This document shows, piece after piece, positions 62,088 to 64,000 of a DNA stretch of 64,000 bases. The notes beneath the pieces were generated by a model. It was not told the origin of the DNA. It made no database searches and was given only the letters and a program-made list of their open reading frames with translations. Source of the stretch: an uncultured Cellvibrio sp. (GTDB taxonomy: Bacteria; Pseudomonadota; Gammaproteobacteria; Pseudomonadales; Cellvibrionaceae); contig CBFGPN010000003.1 in NCBI GenBank assembly GCA_965650675.1, positions 4 to 64,003 of the forward strand. Direction: 5' to 3'. The number at the start of each line of letters is the position of its first letter. The stretch's first letter is position 1. A program made the translations under genes and the position numbers.

Positions 62088-63557
62088 ATGAGTGAAGAAA
62101 TTCTGGTTAATGTTTCTCCGGTTGAAACCCGCGTAGCGCTGGTTGAAAACGGTGTGGTTCAGGAATTTTATCTGGAACGCAGTTATGGCAAAGGTTATGT
62201 CGGCAATATTTATCGTGGAAAAGTTGTTCGTGTGTTACCGGGAATGCAAGCTGCATTTGTTGAAATCGGCCTTGAACGAACAGGTTTTATTCACGCCAGC
62301 GACATGATGCCTGAATTGCCGGAAGGGGAAGAATATCAGGGTGAATTACCGGATATCCGCACTCTGGTTCGCGAAGGCGAAACCTTGCTGGTACAAGTTG
62401 CCAAAGATCCTATAGGTACCAAAGGTGCACGACTCACCACACACATTACCCTGTCATCGCGTTATCTGGTTTATATGCCTGGCTCGCAACATATCGGTGT
62501 GTCAATTCGTATTGAAGACGAAGTCGAGCGCGAACGATTGCGTATGGCAGTTGAACAACAAGTCAATGCACAACAAATTCCCGGTGGATTTATTGTGCGC
62601 ACAGTTGCTGAAGGTGCCGATACCGATGCGATTGTTTCCGACATTCCATTTTTAACAAAACTTTGGAGTGATTTATCAGCAAAATTACCGCAATTGGGTG
62701 TGCCTGCAGAACTTCATCGGGATATGCCTCTCTATTTACGTGCCTTGCGTGATTTGGCGCGTGCACCTTTATACAAGGTCAGAGTCGATTCACGATTAAC
62801 CTGGCAACAGATGCAGGATTTTGCGGCAAGTTACACACCTGAATTAATGAATTTGATCGAACTCTACACGGGTGATCGTCCATTGCTGGAAATGTACGGT
62901 GTTGAAGAAGAAATTCGTCGTGCACTGGAACCTCGTGTGACCTTGAAATCAAATGGATATTTGATTATCGAACAAACGGAAGCCATGACTACTGTTGACG
63001 TGAATACTGGTGCGTTTGTTGGACATCGCAATTTGGAAGAAACTATTTTTAAAACCAATCTTGAAGCGGCCACAGCGATTGCAAGGCAACTGCGTTTACG
63101 CAATTTGGGCGGCATTATTATTTTGGATTTTATTGATATGAAAGATCCCGAACACCAACGCCAGGTGTTGCGGACCTTGGAAAAAGCCTTGGAAAAAGAT
63201 CACGCCAAAACAAGAATTACCGGTGTGTCTGAATTGGGTTTGGTTGAAATGGCTCGCAAGCGTACACGAGAGTCACTCGGACAGCTGTTATGTGAGCCCT
63301 GTCCAACTTGTCAGGGAAAGGGTCGCGTGAAATCGGCAGAGACTGTGTGTTATGAAATTTTTCGTGAAGTGCTGCGTATGGCTCGTGCTTACGACAATCA
63401 AAAATTTTTGGTATTGGCTTCTGCGTTGGTGGTTGATCGATTACTGGATGAACAAGCCGCTTACGTTGCCGATCTGGAAGCATTTATTCAGCGCACAATT
63501 GAATTTCGTGTGGAATCGGTGTTCACACAAGAACAGTACGATATTGTGTTGATTTAG
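62088..63557 (+). CDS. rng: Ribonuclease G
   Basis: Motifs GNIYRGKV.RVLPGMQAAFV, KGARLTT, TEAMTTVDVNTG, GGIIILDFIDM. Start set to ATG 62088. Confidence 0.96.
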   Translation: MSEEILVNVSPVETRVALVENGVVQEFYLERSYGKGYVGNIYRGKVVRVLPGMQAAFVEIGLERTGFIHASDMMPELPEGEEYQGELPDIRTLVREGETLLVQVAKDPIGTKGARLTTHITLSSRYLVYMPGSQHIGVSIRIEDEVERERLRMAVEQQVNAQQIPGGFIVRTVAEGADTDAIVSDIPFLTKLWSDLSAKLPQLGVPAELHRDMPLYLRALRDLARAPLYKVRVDSRLTWQQMQDFAASYTPELMNLIELYTGDRPLLEMYGVEEEIRRALEPRVTLKSNGYLIIEQTEAMTTVDVNTGAFVGHRNLEETIFKTNLEAATAIARQLRLRNLGGIIILDFIDMKDPEHQRQVLRTLEKALEKDHAKTRITGVSELGLVEMARKRTRESLGQLLCEPCPTCQGKGRVKSAETVCYEIFREVLRMARAYDNQKFLVLASALVVDRLLDEQAAYVADLEAFIQRTIEFRVESVFTQEQYDIVLI

Positions 63558-63571
63558 GGTTGAACTATACA

Positions 63572-63655
63572 AAGATTTTAAATCCCCCCTAACCCCCCTT
63601 TTTCAAAGTGGGGACAGTCCCTCCCCCTTGCCAAGGGGGAGGCTAGGAGGGGGTG
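63572..63655. repeat. Two-unit C/G-rich palindromic mosaic after rng
   Basis: AAGATTTTAAATCCCCCCTAACCCCCCTTTTTCAAAGTGGGG (as at 30553-30594), followed by the inverted unit CCCTCCCCC-TTGCCAA-GGGGGAGGCTAGGAGGGGGTG. Confidence 0.85.
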
Positions 63656-63678
63656 AAATTATTTTAAGAAGTAATTGA

Positions 63679-64000
63679 ATGACGCGTTTATTACGTAGAT
63701 TGGTTAAGTGGTTTTATTTGCTGATTGCCATAATGCTGATCCTGTTAGCAATTTTGGTGCAGTCAGGGCGGAGCTTTTCTTATTTGCTGGCTGATTATCA
63801 GGATTCAATTGCCAGTTATTTATCTTCGCGGCTCGATGCAAAAGTGACTATCCAAAAAATCAATGCTGATTGGAAAGGGCTTAAACCCGGCGTGCAATTA
63901 TTGGGTGTTAATTTGCAAAGTATTTCCGGTGAGCCTATTGCCGATGTTAGTCGCGCTATGTTGCGATTGGATATATTGCGTTCACTTAAAAATGCACGTT
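63679..64000 (+). CDS. yhdP: YhdP (AsmA-like) protein, 5' part; runs off the window end
   Basis: Not in the ORF track. Manual translation gives MTRLLRRLVKWFYLLIAIMLILLAILVQSGR...INADWKGLKP, and it follows rng as in conserved synteny. Confidence 0.85.
   Translation, partial: MTRLLRRLVKWFYLLIAIMLILLAILVQSGRSFSYLLADYQDSIASYLSSRLDAKVTIQKINADWKGLKPGVQLLGVNLQSISGEPIADVSRAMLRLDILRSLKNAR

Overview
A 64 kb chromosomal window from a moderately AT-rich gammaproteobacterium. A poly-Ser-linker lipoprotein, gatCAB, a suf operon under IscR and the overall gene order suggest Cellvibrionaceae; this is inference. Most of it is housekeeping: metH; nfuA, suhB, trmJ; a hybrid iscR-iscS-sufBCDS-sufA-sufT-sufE operon; ndk-rlmN-pilW-rodZ-ispG-hisS-yfgM-bamB-der; an RssB/RssC-like pair, tal, rpsA-ihfB, dusA; moaCDE, msrPQ, cysZ; gatCAB; mreBCD-maf-rng-yhdP. 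The strongest candidate for an undescribed system is at 0.3-8.1 kb. There, an envelope redox/flavinylation module (TlpA, DUF4266, DUF3570 beta-barrel with a DxxTGAS motif, ApbE) runs into a PmrAB/QseBC-like two-component pair. It is transcribed divergently from a PAP2-EptA lipid A modification operon, with two PmrA-type boxes in the shared intergenic region. Other highlights are: (1) a low-GC HEPN-like gene in a cassette bounded by REP direct repeats; (2) a modular C/G-rich palindromic repeat family after stop codons that carries canonical G-quadruplex motifs; (3) a PQQ-dehydrogenase/diheme cytochrome lipoprotein; (4) a probable lipidated beta-barrel; (5) a probable AUC start codon for mreC; (6) rpsA-ihfB separated from cmk. 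I saw no rRNA, tRNA, CRISPR array, integrase or transposase. All family assignments come from motif recognition by eye, not database searches. Where I moved a start codon from the ORF track, the evidence field says so.
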